From positions 10,733,166 to 10,797,165 of the forward strand of contig CM082578.2 in NCBI GenBank assembly GCA_040954595.2: a DNA stretch of 64,000 nt, given 5' to 3'. The DNA is from Balanoglossus misakiensis. Its lineage: Eukaryota > Animalia > Hemichordata. The notes beneath the pieces are model-generated. The model had not been told where the DNA came from. It searched no databases and saw only the letters and a program-made list of their open reading frames with translations. This document shows, in pieces, positions 1 through 12,594 of this stretch. The position numbers were made by a program, and so were the translations under genes. Numbering within the stretch: the stretch's first letter is position 1; each line of letters begins with the position of its first letter.

Positions 1-459
1 TTAAACACGGATACCTTATGTTTTACCGTGATAGGTGAGAACTTGACGTTGGTTGGAAATCTTAAAAGTTGCCAACGTTTCACATTTTGGTCAAACCATG
101 GCATAATCGAACTCGTAGAATAACCGATATCTTGTCGCTGGGGGGGGGGGGGTAATTCTAGGAATCGGGAATAGATGCGTCTGTGGGATGAGCCGGAACT
201 GAACATTGTCATGGCAACAGAGCATACAGAGCAACGTAACACGAGAAAACGTGAAAACATAAATAATTTACCTATCATGCGTAAATATATTGATAATTTG
301 GTGGTGTTAGATGACTTTCTTCCTTATTTCCCCCAGACAACTATTAGTAAGTACACCTGGCACCGAAACGTTGTCTGGTTTTTTTTATGCTAAGGTTGTC
401 GATATTTTACTTGTGCCAGCTAATTGAAGCGATATTACACTCGGGTTCATCATATCCGT

Positions 460-1317
460 CTAATGCAACCATTTGCTGATGGCTAACATGACATACACTA
501 GAGGCAGGCACGCAGACGGCGACGCGGACGAGTTGGTGGTGATTACTGAGGCCTGTCCGTGTGGAGACTTGGTGTTTTCCGTTTTCGTGTTCGAGGCGAG
601 GCGGTGGACAGTCGTAGTGGCCGTACGCGTGGTGGTCTCTGCCGTCAGTTTTGTCGTGTCGGGCATCTCGGACCTTGCTCCCGTCTTGCGGATGTACTTG
701 GCGGCGTAGTCGTCGTAAGCATAGCAGGATCCCGAGCGGGGCGATTCTGAGAACGGACACCCTTCGCCGGTGACGGGGTTCGGCGCCACTTTGCACACCC
801 CCATGACCTCTCTGAAATTCTCCTCCGACGGCTCGATCAGCGATCTCTGTTTGTTGATCGGGTCGATCTCCAGGGTGTCGTCCGGAAACCCGAACTCCTC
901 GTAGTTGTCGCTGCGGAACAAGAAAGCGATGTACCGCCGGCCGATTTCGGCGTCTTCGTTGGTGCACTTGTAGCCGGACCGAGTTCCTGCCCCCGTGACG
1001 TTGACAAAGCGAGGCAACTGCTCCCCGTAGTAATGGCAGAGGACCTTCATCAGGGTGATGTAGCCGAATTCGCTGTAGGGATGCTCCGGCCACACGGCGT
1101 CCGAGTACTCGTCGCTCAAGTCAAAGTGGTAATGCTCCAATACTTCGACGTAGACAACGATGTCGGCCATGAAGACACGTGTTTTCAGATCGAATTCCCT
1201 CCACACGCCAATTGAAGAGCAGGCGGACGATTGACGAAGGTTGGTAAGGTTAATGCTGGCGAGAATGAGTAGGTGAACGACCAGTGTCGTGTTCTTTCGC
1301 CATCCGTGTAGTGCCAT
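460..1317 (-). CDS. Secreted, probably GPI-anchored CCDC3-N/NtA-like domain protein (285 aa, intronless CDS), paralogue A
   Basis: GC3-rich ORF with an N-terminal hydrophobic signal (LVVHLLILASINL). Motif C..W....L..RV..ADIVVYVEVLEHY...VLC...G..LP..VNVTG...C...YIAFL recalls the CCDC3 N-terminus/agrin NtA fold. Thr-rich stalk (TTKLTAETTTRTATTT) and terminal hydrophobic tail (NSSAS...CLPLVYVMLAISKWLH). TATA-like TATAAG ~75 nt upstream. Confidence 0.85.
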   Translation of the reverse strand: MALHGWRKNTTLVVHLLILASINLTNLRQSSACSSIGVWREFDLKTRVFMADIVVYVEVLEHYHFDLSDEYSDAVWPEHPYSEFGYITLMKVLCHYYGEQLPRFVNVTGAGTRSGYKCTNEDAEIGRRYIAFLFRSDNYEEFGFPDDTLEIDPINKQRSLIEPSEENFREVMGVCKVAPNPVTGEGCPFSESPRSGSCYAYDDYAAKYIRKTGARSEMPDTTKLTAETTTRTATTTVHRLASNTKTENTKSPHGQASVITTNSSASPSACLPLVYVMLAISKWLH

Positions 1318-1390
1318 TGCGAGCGCGTTCTTCAGAGCTGTGTCGTGAGCTGGTGTGAAGTTAGTCTAGAACAGGTATGCAGTCCGCTGC

Positions 1391-1397
1391 CTTATAT
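1391..1397 (-). promoter_or_regulatory. Putative TATA box of paralogue A
   Basis: cttatat on + reads ATATAAG on -, about 75 nt upstream of the ATG at 1317, in a CpG-rich context with an E-box (CACGTG) further upstream. Confidence 0.4.
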
Positions 1398-4113
1398 TTT
1401 TTTTCCGCGGCCCAAGTCACACGTGATGTTGTGCATCGAATGCTAGGATGTTATATGCGCGCACGCGGATATGTCTCTCTATATTAAAACGTTACGCACA
1501 GTTGCTTGAGCCAATTCTGTATCTCTGTGACGAATCAATAACCACACAACATCCGTAATTATCATAATATGACGTCCTAATACTGTGACCGTTCTCGTGA
1601 TTGGTAAACATCCGTAACGACAGTGTCGCAGAGAACGCTGTGTTCGCAAATAGACGGTATAGGCTATTAGTAGGAAAACGTACAGACGCACTCCCTATAT
1701 TTAATTGACTGAGTTCAGCTCATTGATAAAAAATCAATTAGGGGGGATGTTTTCCCTGGCCTCGCGTCTTGTTGGTTCTGAACATACACAAAAGGGGCAT
1801 GTACTATAGGGTGATGCTTGGAGCAGCGTAGTAATCATGTCTGCATTTGCAAATCACAACAAATTCGCTGTTCTCTCCCTGGCGGGTAAACTTTAATCAA
1901 AATGCTTGCTATATATAAGGAACAGTGTTTGGTTTTCTAGACATCCAAAGACGTCTGAGACACTGAAACAAGCATCGACAAATCGGAAGTCAACTGTCGG
2001 GGAGGCGCGGGGGGGGGGGGTAATCATTGCACTGCGACCTTCGGCGGGTCGTGTATAAAATGTAGGTTTTCAGTTCTTTCTTTTTTGCCTTTTTATTTAT
2101 GTACCACATCATACTGTACCAGTGACACCAGTGTGATTCCGGAGAAGAAAACATTCTCCAGTTTCCACGACCCTCTAGCGAAGAGCGGCATCCCGTTGCC
2201 TAGACTTGGTTCTTGATTCACATGACTGCCAGTAGTGTACATGCAGTTCCACACAGCCGATACAGTTCTGTCAGAAAATGCTTGTCTGGACAATATATTT
2301 ATTTCAACGTAATTTACAGCTGAATTCGCCGGAACGGCTTTGTAAAATAATTCCTCCAGCCCACCCACCCCAAATATAAAAGAAAACGCCCTAAATTTCA
2401 CTCATCACTGCTATGGCTGAGATAGGGCAAGTATTCGCAGCATTTGTAGAAACTAATTTAGGGTATATCATTCTGTGATAGAGGAACATCGAACATCACT
2501 CGACAGTTCGGTAAATCCCTGATATTGTTGACCCCCATCAACAATTTGTTGCGATATCAGTAGCTTTGCTTGAGTGTTCGAACGTAAAATGCAATTCGTG
2601 CCCGGTCACGTCGTCTGAACCATCACGACGTCCGCAAGAAGCAGCCCGGAACAATGGGGAGGACATTGTAGTGATGTGGTCGTAGTTCTTCTCCGTTCCA
2701 CAGATCCCAGGAATATTATGGACATTTGCTGGAGAGAAAAAACATCCACGGGAATAGACGTGCATGCGCGGGGACAAGTGCGTATATACCCGGGGTATAT
2801 ACCGGCCTGCCCAGGTGTATACGTGTGTCCCAACAGGACTCTCCCCTCGATTACTCCCAACGCAATTTCATGCAATTAGCCGTTAATTAACCATAGTGAT
2901 TTCGCCACCGTGGTTTGGTCAAATCTATTGTTTCCTGAGGCAAAGTTGGACCTCTATACATAGGGGAAATGGGGTGATAGGGTTAATCGTTACCGGAACA
3001 GAGAGAAATGCCTGTGAATTTTTGGTACACAAACAAGTTGGTCTGACTCATGCTTCGACCTGATCGCCCTCTGGCATAAAAGACACACAGCGAGAACAAT
3101 TCTGCCTTGTCAACTGACGAAAGCGCCGGCGCTGTTTTTGTCGACAGAGGGCACCTGTCCCGCGGCTGTTATTCTGAAGTCACACACCACTCGTTTCCGA
3201 ATTAACGTCGCCTTTAGCATGCCTGGGCGATCTCACTTGCCCACGCCAGTTCTCGATATCAACAAATGTGGAAACAAATCGTGAAAAGGACAGATTAAGT
3301 TTACATCTCAAATCTTTATATTGTTAAAAATAACAAACATTTGCTGCAGCGAAGGGAAAACTGTCTTACTTGCATAAAAATAGGCAATTCGACTATGGCG
3401 TGACGGTACGGTCAATGGCGTCCATGTGACTTCACATTGGTCAAGCTTCATCAACCGTTCTAAAAACAGAATAATTACTCGCCATTACTCCATCCATCAT
3501 TTTAGAAGATAGCTTAAAATCTGACATAGATATGCCCGGCGTGTATAGTCACTGACCAGTTTCCGGCTAGAGACATTTTGAGTAAACGAATAGTACTACC
3601 GGTACTCACGTCGTTTTTTCATGATTTTAGTGTTAACTAAGTTCATCTAAATGATGCTATTTCCATGTTTTTTTTCTCAAAAAGACTCTTCACACGCATT
3701 AATAAAGAAAAAGATTTGAAACGTTTAAAGGACTGTCCCCGAGGCGCTTACAACCTCAAGATGTTAACACATTACATTTTGTAATTATTCGCCAAGCTTG
3801 GAATTCTTTGAATCCCTGTAATACATCCCAAAGAATGGGGGCGGTTGCCATGTAGAGATTCAACCGATATGTTTGTTCACTTGGTGGTCTAAGAATTTTG
3901 TTCAAAACATATTTTTATTCCTCTTTGTTCATTGAATACACTGGCGGTGTGTGTGGTCGAAGATTATATCAGAAACTTTGCAAATATATATACGACGACG
4001 AAACCCTATCGTTTTAATACTCGTGATAATGTTCAACTTCTCTATGATGTGTTGACCACACGACGAATGTGTCGTGATGACTGGCATGAATCTGTGGATT
4101 TGTTTATGTGTGT

Positions 4114-4183
4114 GTAGGGGTAGGCAGGCGGGCAGGTAGGTTGGTTGGTTGGTTGGTTGGTAGGTAGGTTGGTAGGTAGGTTG
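4114..4183. repeat. Compound tetranucleotide microsatellite (GGTT/GGTA/GGCA)n
   Basis: gtaggggtaggcaggcgggcaggtaggttggttggttggttggttggtaggtaggttggtaggtaggttg, read directly. Confidence 0.9.
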
Positions 4184-7100
4184 TTAAAAAAATATCCGTC
4201 GGATTAAGTCTTTCTTCTTGGCCTCCCCAGGAGATCAAACGGTTAGTCCCTTAATGGAAGTTAATCGGTGAAAAGAGTTCGACCACGCAATCGTATCGAC
4301 ATGTTTTATTTTAGCAAGAAGGTCATTCCTGTGACTGAATAGATGGGTACAGTTACAACACATAAAACGCAAATATCTCAGTTGCTGCTGATTTTACCTG
4401 TTACATAACACATAGTAAATTATCCCATTTAAACGTTTAAACTGTGTTTCCTTTGTGCTAGTGGAGCGAAGGTGAGACGCAATTTCCCTCATCAACAGCA
4501 CGCCAACAGCAATCAGTGACGCTACTATAATCATCCTCGGGCCATAATACTAGTAATTCGGCTTTCAGAGCAGCGCGCCCATTCCGACTTTCCCGGCGCG
4601 AAGATGCGCTGGCGTTTTGCGTTTCCCAAGGACAATGCCAGAAGTATACCTTGTTGCCAGCGTCAATAGTGTGTGGATTGGGCGACACATTACTGCGGTC
4701 ATTAAATGTCATTATTACTCTCAGTGGGAAACTATAATCACCGGGTCAGTCGGAGTAATTGTTCTCTGGACAATTGATGGGCTCTGTGAAGAGATAGATA
4801 CAACTCTTTTATCTATTGTGAACTAGTCTTTAAAATGCATTCAAAGAAAAGAAATGTTTCGGATTAACCTTTTCTCGATGTATGGTAACAAACTTTTCTG
4901 TAAAGAATTACGTGCATACAGTCCCTTTCATGTCTTATTGTTCCCGAAAGCAAACACGAAGATATACAATTATTGTTTACAGACGATTATACCGATAGCC
5001 CTCGTATAGCAATCGCAAATCTGTCTCATTTTTGTGGTATTTGTTACTGTCAATATTCCTTCACCAGGCAGTTTGTGTATTATCTGACTTGGATTTGGGT
5101 ATCCTGGTCGTGACAGTCTGACGTTTTAAAAGTCTGCAGCAGACGCATTCAAAGTTTTCCCTGAATCTGTGCCAAGGTGCGCATGAATTAAAAAGTCTAT
5201 TCTAATGCAGACATTACTTCGTGTTTTCTGAGACATTAGAGGTGGAAAATCCGGGTGCATGTGACGTAATTGACCAAATTCACAATGTGTAATTTCACTC
5301 GATTTCAATCAGCATGTCTTTAAACTCCAGGGACCATTCTGACATCAAAGGATGGCAACTGGCGACGCCAGACAACACTTATGGACTTTGCAAGAATACC
5401 CCCTATATCTGTTTTGTTCTTTTATTGAATGGAAGAACACTAACACGTTATTGAATTGTATATATGTTTATTCAACCAGAGCTGGCGGGTTTCATTATTG
5501 CAATCACAAGAGAATCATTTGCGGAGTCGGTTTTGTCAACCTCACAATTACCCTGGTTTTGTCAATGTTTTCTTTTTATACAGTTGTCCCATTTATTCCA
5601 TACCTGCACTAATAAACGCACATTCCTGTGTTAGCCACAGGCGCCATACCTTGTTTGTAGTCCTACAAAAAAGCACGCTTATGACACATGCATGGCTGTG
5701 CACATGCCACCACAAAACGCTGTAACCGATAATTTTCGCTCACAAGCTCGGGCTGGCTGAGTGCGTGGACACACATACATTTAACTCTATGTACAGCTGT
5801 ACTATGAAGTGTTTGAAAGCGGGGTCATTTGGAGAAAGAATAGCGAAGAAAATGGTATAACAAAGAAAATGCCAAAGCAGGTGTATCACAATGGTTTGCG
5901 CATTTGGGAAACAAAGCAGACTGATGCCAACAATAGTTAAAATTGCGCATGCCCACATACGATGTGGAGAATTTCCCCTTTGGCTGCTTTGACAAGACAA
6001 TCCGCTTGCGATGCTATCAGCCACGTGGCTTTAGTGTTGACTTTTTGGCTTTTGACGGTTAAAACCAATTTAATTGTTTTTTTAATCGTTGGATTAACGT
6101 TTCAGTGCAGGTGAAGGGGCTTTTGCGGTTGTAACACTTGTAGCAATTTTGTTTGTGGCGTTGCTTTGGAAATGTTCATTCAAACGGTGTCAGTTTTGCA
6201 CTTGCGGCATTCACACCACGCATGAACCAAATTCACGGACGAAATGTAGGTGGAACTTATTGACTTGTCTTTGGCCCAAAATAAACTCTAACATTGACAC
6301 CGTACCAGGTCGACCTCTACTCCGTCAACAACTTTAAGGTGTAGGATTTCATCGACGGCGCACAGTTCATCGTGTAGTTTCAATGGTGTTAATGCGCCAA
6401 AGTTTCAAAGCAAGGCATCGGGGCTATTCAGCACGACGTGCAGTTGTTCGGCCCAGAGAAATCGGCCCTGAGAAATTCGTGCATGCGCCTGCGTACTGTA
6501 GCCAATGTCGACAAGCAGGGACGTAACGGTTAACCGTTATCTAATCTATCTATAATAAAACCCTTATCTAAACGTTCATTTTTATCTTTTTAGTAGTCAT
6601 TCCCGGTATAGAGTATACATAATATATTCAACCTGGGCAAAACGTGGACACATGTATATAGTGCGAGCGCAAGTAAAGCAAGATCCCATACACATACATT
6701 TATCATTATCACCGCAATATTACCCAAAGTCAATCAACAAATCTCGCTTCCTGGGAATGTCACTACAAAACTTTGTGACGGCATCACGGTTTAAAAGTTG
6801 AAAACATTTATTTCTCTATTCTTATATATGTACAGAATTAAATTATAATGCAACAAATCTAAAACCTGCCCTAAAACACCGTGTCTCGATATTAAATTAT
6901 ATTAACGTAAATTTACATTCTTGTACAATTTTGAGCCATGGGTTTTGCAGTGTACGTACTAGTACTTGCGAAACAACATGCAGTGTCGCATTTGTAAATC
7001 GGGATAACTTCACCTCGAGCACGTATACCCAGGTCCTTTCCAATGTGTAAAACCCAAATATTGATACGCGAAACTGCGTCTGGGTGGAGCAACCCTGTTC

Positions 7101-8905
7101 TTGATAAAATGGTCCTATGTGTTAGTAATAAAACCGTGGTCGTACTTCTCTATCGTACTCACGTCACTTTTATTTGAGCATCGTGACTGAAGAAGATTTG
7201 ACGGTCGTGCATTAAAGGTGCATGAAACTAAGGGTTATTTCAAGATGAATAGAGGGGGGGGGGGGGCTTAAGGCTTGCATTAGAGTCACCGAACTTCGGT
7301 TATACAAGGTCATACAGGGGTCAAAGTTAGCCCGCTGAAAATAAACCTGATTCCTCGCAACAATAATAAAACACGCATGGTTACAGGTCAGATTGTGTTG
7401 GTGTTAGTACAAATACTTAAATGCCGGTGACCCATAGGGTCGCATTTGCCCCACATCCATATTTTTTTTCTAATTGAAAAGTCGGAGGAACTCCCTCGAG
7501 TCTTGGGTTAGTCGGGCGCACCGACCGCACTGCAAAACAATGCTTGAATTGTACACCGGTCAACCATTCTACACATAATGGGTTTCAAAGTTAAAAACCT
7601 CCTCGGGTGTTTAAACAAAGGTACAATGTTCTCCCAGGTTGTGTGTCTCTCGTGTCGTGCCAGTAATAACGTACGCCAAATTTTACCAGTGGCAGTTCCT
7701 GCACATATACGAACGCCGGCTCCTGTAGCACCGCGTCCGTGTGTATGGAAGCCGCGTCGACAGTCATCTGATCGTCAGTTTTCAGAAAACGAAATAAATC
7801 CTGTTGTTCTAAAAATAACATGACATCTTTAATATATATATAAAACAACAACTCTGTTCCGCGCGCTGTAAAAACAGAACCAGGCCCGGTCACGTCACGT
7901 CACCGACATTCCGTGAAGTTGATAGTACACCATAAACACGCATGATCGACGAGGGGCCGTGGTCGGAATAATCCTGGCGAGGCCATCTCCAAAACTGACT
8001 CCACTTTTGTTCCAAAGCGATGGAGCGGAGAATTTGTTTCGTGATCCTCCAGGGCATTCAATGTTGTTTGAGTTTATAGGTTTCTTGTATCGATTTGTCA
8101 GAGCGTTTACTTTACAGCGTCTTTGAATCGTTGCGCATCCGCCATTCTGCCTTGCCCAGCCTGTCTTTCTTCTGACACAGGACAGCCGCTGAAGCGATCT
8201 TTTTCGGCTACGTGTTCACTGAATGCTAATATCTCAGGTCAGAGACTGTGCAAAGTGAAATAGCTTCCATCGTCCAGACACATTTTTCTGATCCCCGACA
8301 CGTCGCCTTGGCCGGGCTTGACCGAACCGAACGCAAGCGCGGTTACACCAAAATTACATGGTTTTCTCACAAGTATGTGTCATCACACGCTGCTGAGTGT
8401 CACATTATTACTCCGCCAAACGGTATGCCACTCACACAGAGAGCCACACGGGAGACATCTTAGCCGTGTTCCGTGTTAATTTGGTTAAACTCAATGTTCT
8501 GTTTAACACATTCTCTACGTGAAGAAAAACAACAGTCAAAAGTGCACATATCCATATATGTGTTGTGAAAACCTCTTCAATCGGGGCAAATATTTCCAGG
8601 TGGGTCTGCGACCCACAGCGATGTCATTTGCGAGTTCGGTGTGTCGCTGGAAATATTCCCAGTTGTGCGTTGCAATTCATTAACTAACATGTATTACAAG
8701 TGCCGAAGTAGTTATTAATCTACGAACATAGGGCTCGAACATATTGCATTACTATTTCGACTTTCCCTTCGCTGAAATAACCTAAGAAATTTCGACTACT
8801 TGTTACGTTCCTGGCCGAGAACTCCGTCCGTGCAGAATGAAAAGTGGAAGTGTGGTTTGCGTGTATTAAGTTCCACACGGCCTTTTGTCCGTGCTAACTC
8901 GGATT

Positions 8906-9529
8906 TCAGAACACGTAACAAAGTTTCAGTACTAAAATAGCAATTGTCGAGAGAAAAATCTTGTGCACGTCCCCAATTCCCTTTGCCCCGCTGACGCAGG
9001 GACTCTGCGTCGTTCTCTCGGGGCACTGGCTATCGCTCAGCTCCACTCCGGTGGGTGGCGAAACTCCCGTGCCGCAGACGGACAGAATCGTCCGGGTGAC
9101 GGAGTCCCGGAGGGTCAACGCCGCCGCGTGCATGTTCGGCTCGTACGGCTCCAGTTGTCCCTCCTGGTTGTATTGCAGCAGAAAGGCGAGAAAATCCCAT
9201 TCCTGAGTGCGGGTGAAACTGCAGTCGGTGGTGGCAATGTTCGTGATGTTCACCGTCCGCGGAAGGGGCCCGCCCTTGAACGTGCACAGTATCTCCACTT
9301 CGGCGCCGTAGCTCTCCGGGAAGTACTGGGCGAGTTCGCCCGGCAGGGGATAGTGTCTCTTCACCATACCTAACACCACCACGTCGGCGTGATAGACCCG
9401 CAGTTCCAAACTGATCCCCGTCCAGTCGGAAGGAATGTGGCAGAGGAATTCGCGTCCCTGGCACTGTCTTAGCGTCCCAAGTAAAACCAGCAGCAGGGCG
9501 AAGACTTTCAGCTCGGTGCCGGCCATCAT
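8906..9529 (-). CDS. Secreted, probably GPI-anchored CCDC3-N/NtA-like domain protein (207 aa, intronless CDS), paralogue B
   Basis: Signal peptide (VFALLLVLLGTLRQCQG). CHIPSDW...RVYHADVVVLG...YGAEVEILC...VNITN...DCS...FLAFLL...PYEPNMHAAAL closely parallels vertebrate CCDC3 N-terminus as recalled (CQLPSEW...YSAEVEMLC...LNLTG...SC...FFFL...PHGVNFQDAIF). C-terminal SGA + spacer + hydrophobic tail fits a GPI signal. Confidence 0.88.
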   Translation of the reverse strand: MMAGTELKVFALLLVLLGTLRQCQGREFLCHIPSDWTGISLELRVYHADVVVLGMVKRHYPLPGELAQYFPESYGAEVEILCTFKGGPLPRTVNITNIATTDCSFTRTQEWDFLAFLLQYNQEGQLEPYEPNMHAAALTLRDSVTRTILSVCGTGVSPPTGVELSDSQCPERTTQSPCVSGAKGIGDVHKIFLSTIAILVLKLCYVF

Positions 9530-9749
9530 TCGTTTGCGCTCGGCAGGCGTACGTACCGTACCTCAGACCTCTCCAGTGGTGTATTATCAATCAAGTGTAT
9601 GCAAATTCTACACCCTGATGCCTGAATGAAACTCAAAACCTCGAAAACATATCAGTTTCCCCCGCGGCGTATTGTCCCATCCTGTTCCTGGCTACCTGTT
9701 GGACTGACAGCACCGCTCTAACCTCAAACTGCGCCGCACCCGTGCGCCG

Positions 9750-9756
9750 TTTTATA
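9750..9756 (-). promoter_or_regulatory. Putative TATA box of paralogue B
   Basis: ttttata on + reads TATAAAA on -, ~220 nt upstream of the ATG, in a GC-rich context. Confidence 0.45.
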
Positions 9757-12524
9757 TGCAACCGTGGTGACAGATTACGTATTTACTTCACATCATCAAA
9801 GCGACACAGAGCGATAACCAAGTAAACACAGGCCCCGAGTCTCCCACAGTGGCAATTTGGAATTTTTAAAGACCTCGCTATTGTGTCTTTATATCCACGC
9901 CGATCGAACCGGAGTCACTTGGCTTGTAAGCCCTCTTGCCCTCCCGTAGGGGGTACGGTGATTCCTTTAAAGCGATTACAACGTTGTTGCGGACATGTTA
10001 AGACACGAGCGCCGCTGATGCAAAAACCTGGGGGCAAAATACACTGCAGTCGGGCATTTAGACACTCTGTCATTTCGTTGCAATTACGTCCACTTATCCC
10101 CTGACCCCTTGCACTGTCAGAAAATGCACGCCGATAAATATTCTCTCCCTGCGATCAAATTTGACGCTCTAATTGCGATCCGAGGCCTTTGTGTGCACCC
10201 AGGCACAAGAACCACTTATCGATCTGCGTCGGACACTGGCTGATCTTTTGGGGGTGGCTATTGTCCGAAAGGAATACAACACACTCCAGTGGTTCGAATT
10301 CCTTTAAAACCGTATAGATCGAGGCATGTTTTGTTTGTTTAAAGGTCATTACGTTTTGATGCTCCTTTTAGTATTATTTTGTTCTGTGTGATAATTACAG
10401 TTTCTTCTTCTACCTTTCCCAGTACACTAACATGTATTCAAAGTATTCTAGAAGTATGCGTAATGACCAGTTTCAATACTAGTATATGTAAACAAATGAA
10501 TCCCGGTTCAAACAACGACAGAAGACGTGTGAATACACGGAAATCTAGTACTGAGTAATACATCATGCAACTAAGGGATCCGAACAACACACCGCAGTTG
10601 ACACGCAGAACAACATTTCATGAATAGAAACAATAATTTAAACTACAGCCTTGTAAAACATTATACACTGAGATCGATGAATGGAGCCGAAACTAAAAGT
10701 TGGGGTACATTTTACACGGTCGTTCGTGTTTTACAATGAACTATAAAAAACGGAACGACGAAAACGACGCGGCATCATCGATTCATCCTTAAAATTGCGG
10801 CAAAAAACCAAGCAGTAAATTTCGGTTGTTGAATGAAACGGAAAAGGGGGGTTGGAACGAGAGTAACTTCAGAGAATATGACATGATAGTAGTCAATTTG
10901 ATTAATTAAAATCAGTTGAAGACGGATATGCGCTCCACGTTTACCTTCGCCAGGTGTTTGCTGTTCTCGTGTTGTCGCCTCTTAGCACCGTCAACTTGGT
11001 CGGCCAGGTGCACGGAGGTTGGGGCAACAGAACAAGAAGAGCAAAAACACAGTAAAGTTAAAGGTGGAGCATTTCTCTACAGATATATGACACAATAAAA
11101 CTTGCGTTCGGCGGGAAGCGAACAAGAGACAGCGAATGCAAATGTATTGACATTTTGGAATGGTGACGTCTGAAAATGGTCAATCCCCCCGAATAATATG
11201 GCAGCAGGGGGTTGGCATTGCATATCTGAATGGCACATTGTACGTCTGCGTAACGTTGCCTCACACCTTCTAATTAAATCGTCGGCCCCCGTCAAAGGGA
11301 TTCCGACAGTCCAACGAGGCATCCTCGGGTCATCTTCGGCACGGTCGCTTTCAAGTAATTTCGACTCTTCGCGTCTGCTCGTTTGGGATCACGTGCTGTG
11401 CTCCCGAGCGACGACGGATCAGTGTGGATACGGTAAACACGGCGCAGTTGGCGTGGTCAAGATTAAATTAATCTGTAAAGCGATACGCCCCAATTTACTC
11501 AGCGAAACGAATATGCGGAGATAAAGTGAACAAAAAATCCAACGACATTTCAACCGAAATTAGGTTATCGCCTCCGAGGATAATCCCAAATTAAAATGCA
11601 CAATGCTTTGAAAAAAAACCCCACATCTGTATCGGAAGGAGGAATTACTCCATGATATAATTTCTTGTCTTAATAATTAAAGTTGTGCTTTTAAATTTCT
11701 AGATTTCATAATGCCATTTGGTACCAACGGAGCCTGATATACTAATCACTCATTCTAGGTAATTTTGTGTGACAGATGTGGTTTCGTTCAGATACATTAG
11801 ACAAACGACAACGATGTCCCTTTATTGTCCGGGGGGGGGGGGCGATCCGAAATCTCGCTCGACGAAAATATAGCAAATGTTCGATTTCTGATCTGGTTAT
11901 TTTTTGGTGTAAAAATTGTTTATGATTGTGTATCAATGATTAACATATATAGTGATACCCCCCCCAAAAAAAAACCACAACCAAGAACATTGTTATTTCA
12001 TGTCAATTTTCAGATGGTTTAGGCCCTTAAAACCATCTCGACCGCCATATATCTGTACATGTGCATGTATGTTTTACATGATAGTCATTATATTATGTAT
12101 TATTATATAGTATTAGTGTCGCCAAGGGATGCAACGCAATTAGGATCAATTCGCTGTCATTTGGAGCAGGGTTCGAAGCCATTGTCAAAAAACAACAACC
12201 AACAACATTCGATATTTCAATTCTCGAATCTTGACGAGTTCTTCAGAGACGAGCCAGCTGTCGATATTCATCTAAGCCGCGTACTCTTTTTTTTTCAACC
12301 CTGGCGACGACGGATGACATTTGCGGAGGGGGGGGGGGACGATAGGAAAACGTTCGTGCAGAATTCTCGGTGACTATCAAATTTCATATCCGAAAATAAA
12401 CCCGTATGTTGTGAGTGCAACATGACCGCTCGTACACGAGTGATCGATTGAGATCATGTGACAGCTGCGTCACTTTGTATCGAGAAAAAAATCGCGGTCA
12501 CTTCTCTCTTAATATCAAGACTGT

Positions 12525-12594
12525 TAGTCCAGTATCTAGCCGTATTTTGTCCGCTCTGCTTAAAGCGGACAAAATACGGCTAGATACTGGACTA
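12525..12594. mobile_element. 70-bp palindromic MITE-like element with TAG...CTA termini (Academ-like)
   Basis: Perfect 31-bp arms (tagtccagtatctagccgtattttgtccgct / agcggacaaaatacggctagatactggacta) with an 8-nt loop, flanked by 9-bp near-direct repeats caagactgt / caagactat. Confidence 0.65.

Noticed and set aside
407-1093. 228-aa alternative-frame ORF over paralogue A (likewise 9030..9590 and 8963..9373 over paralogue B)
   Set aside because: Arg/Pro/Gly-rich shadow ORFs expected from high GC3; no domain features.
3370-3459. Minus-strand 90-nt segment with good acceptor and donor and one open frame
   Set aside because: No recognisable peptide and no compatible neighbouring exons; could be a lncRNA exon but unsupported.
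10914-11475. Minus-strand exon-like CpG-rich segments with plausible splice sites
   Set aside because: Splicing gives only very short peptides with no motif; cannot support a gene.
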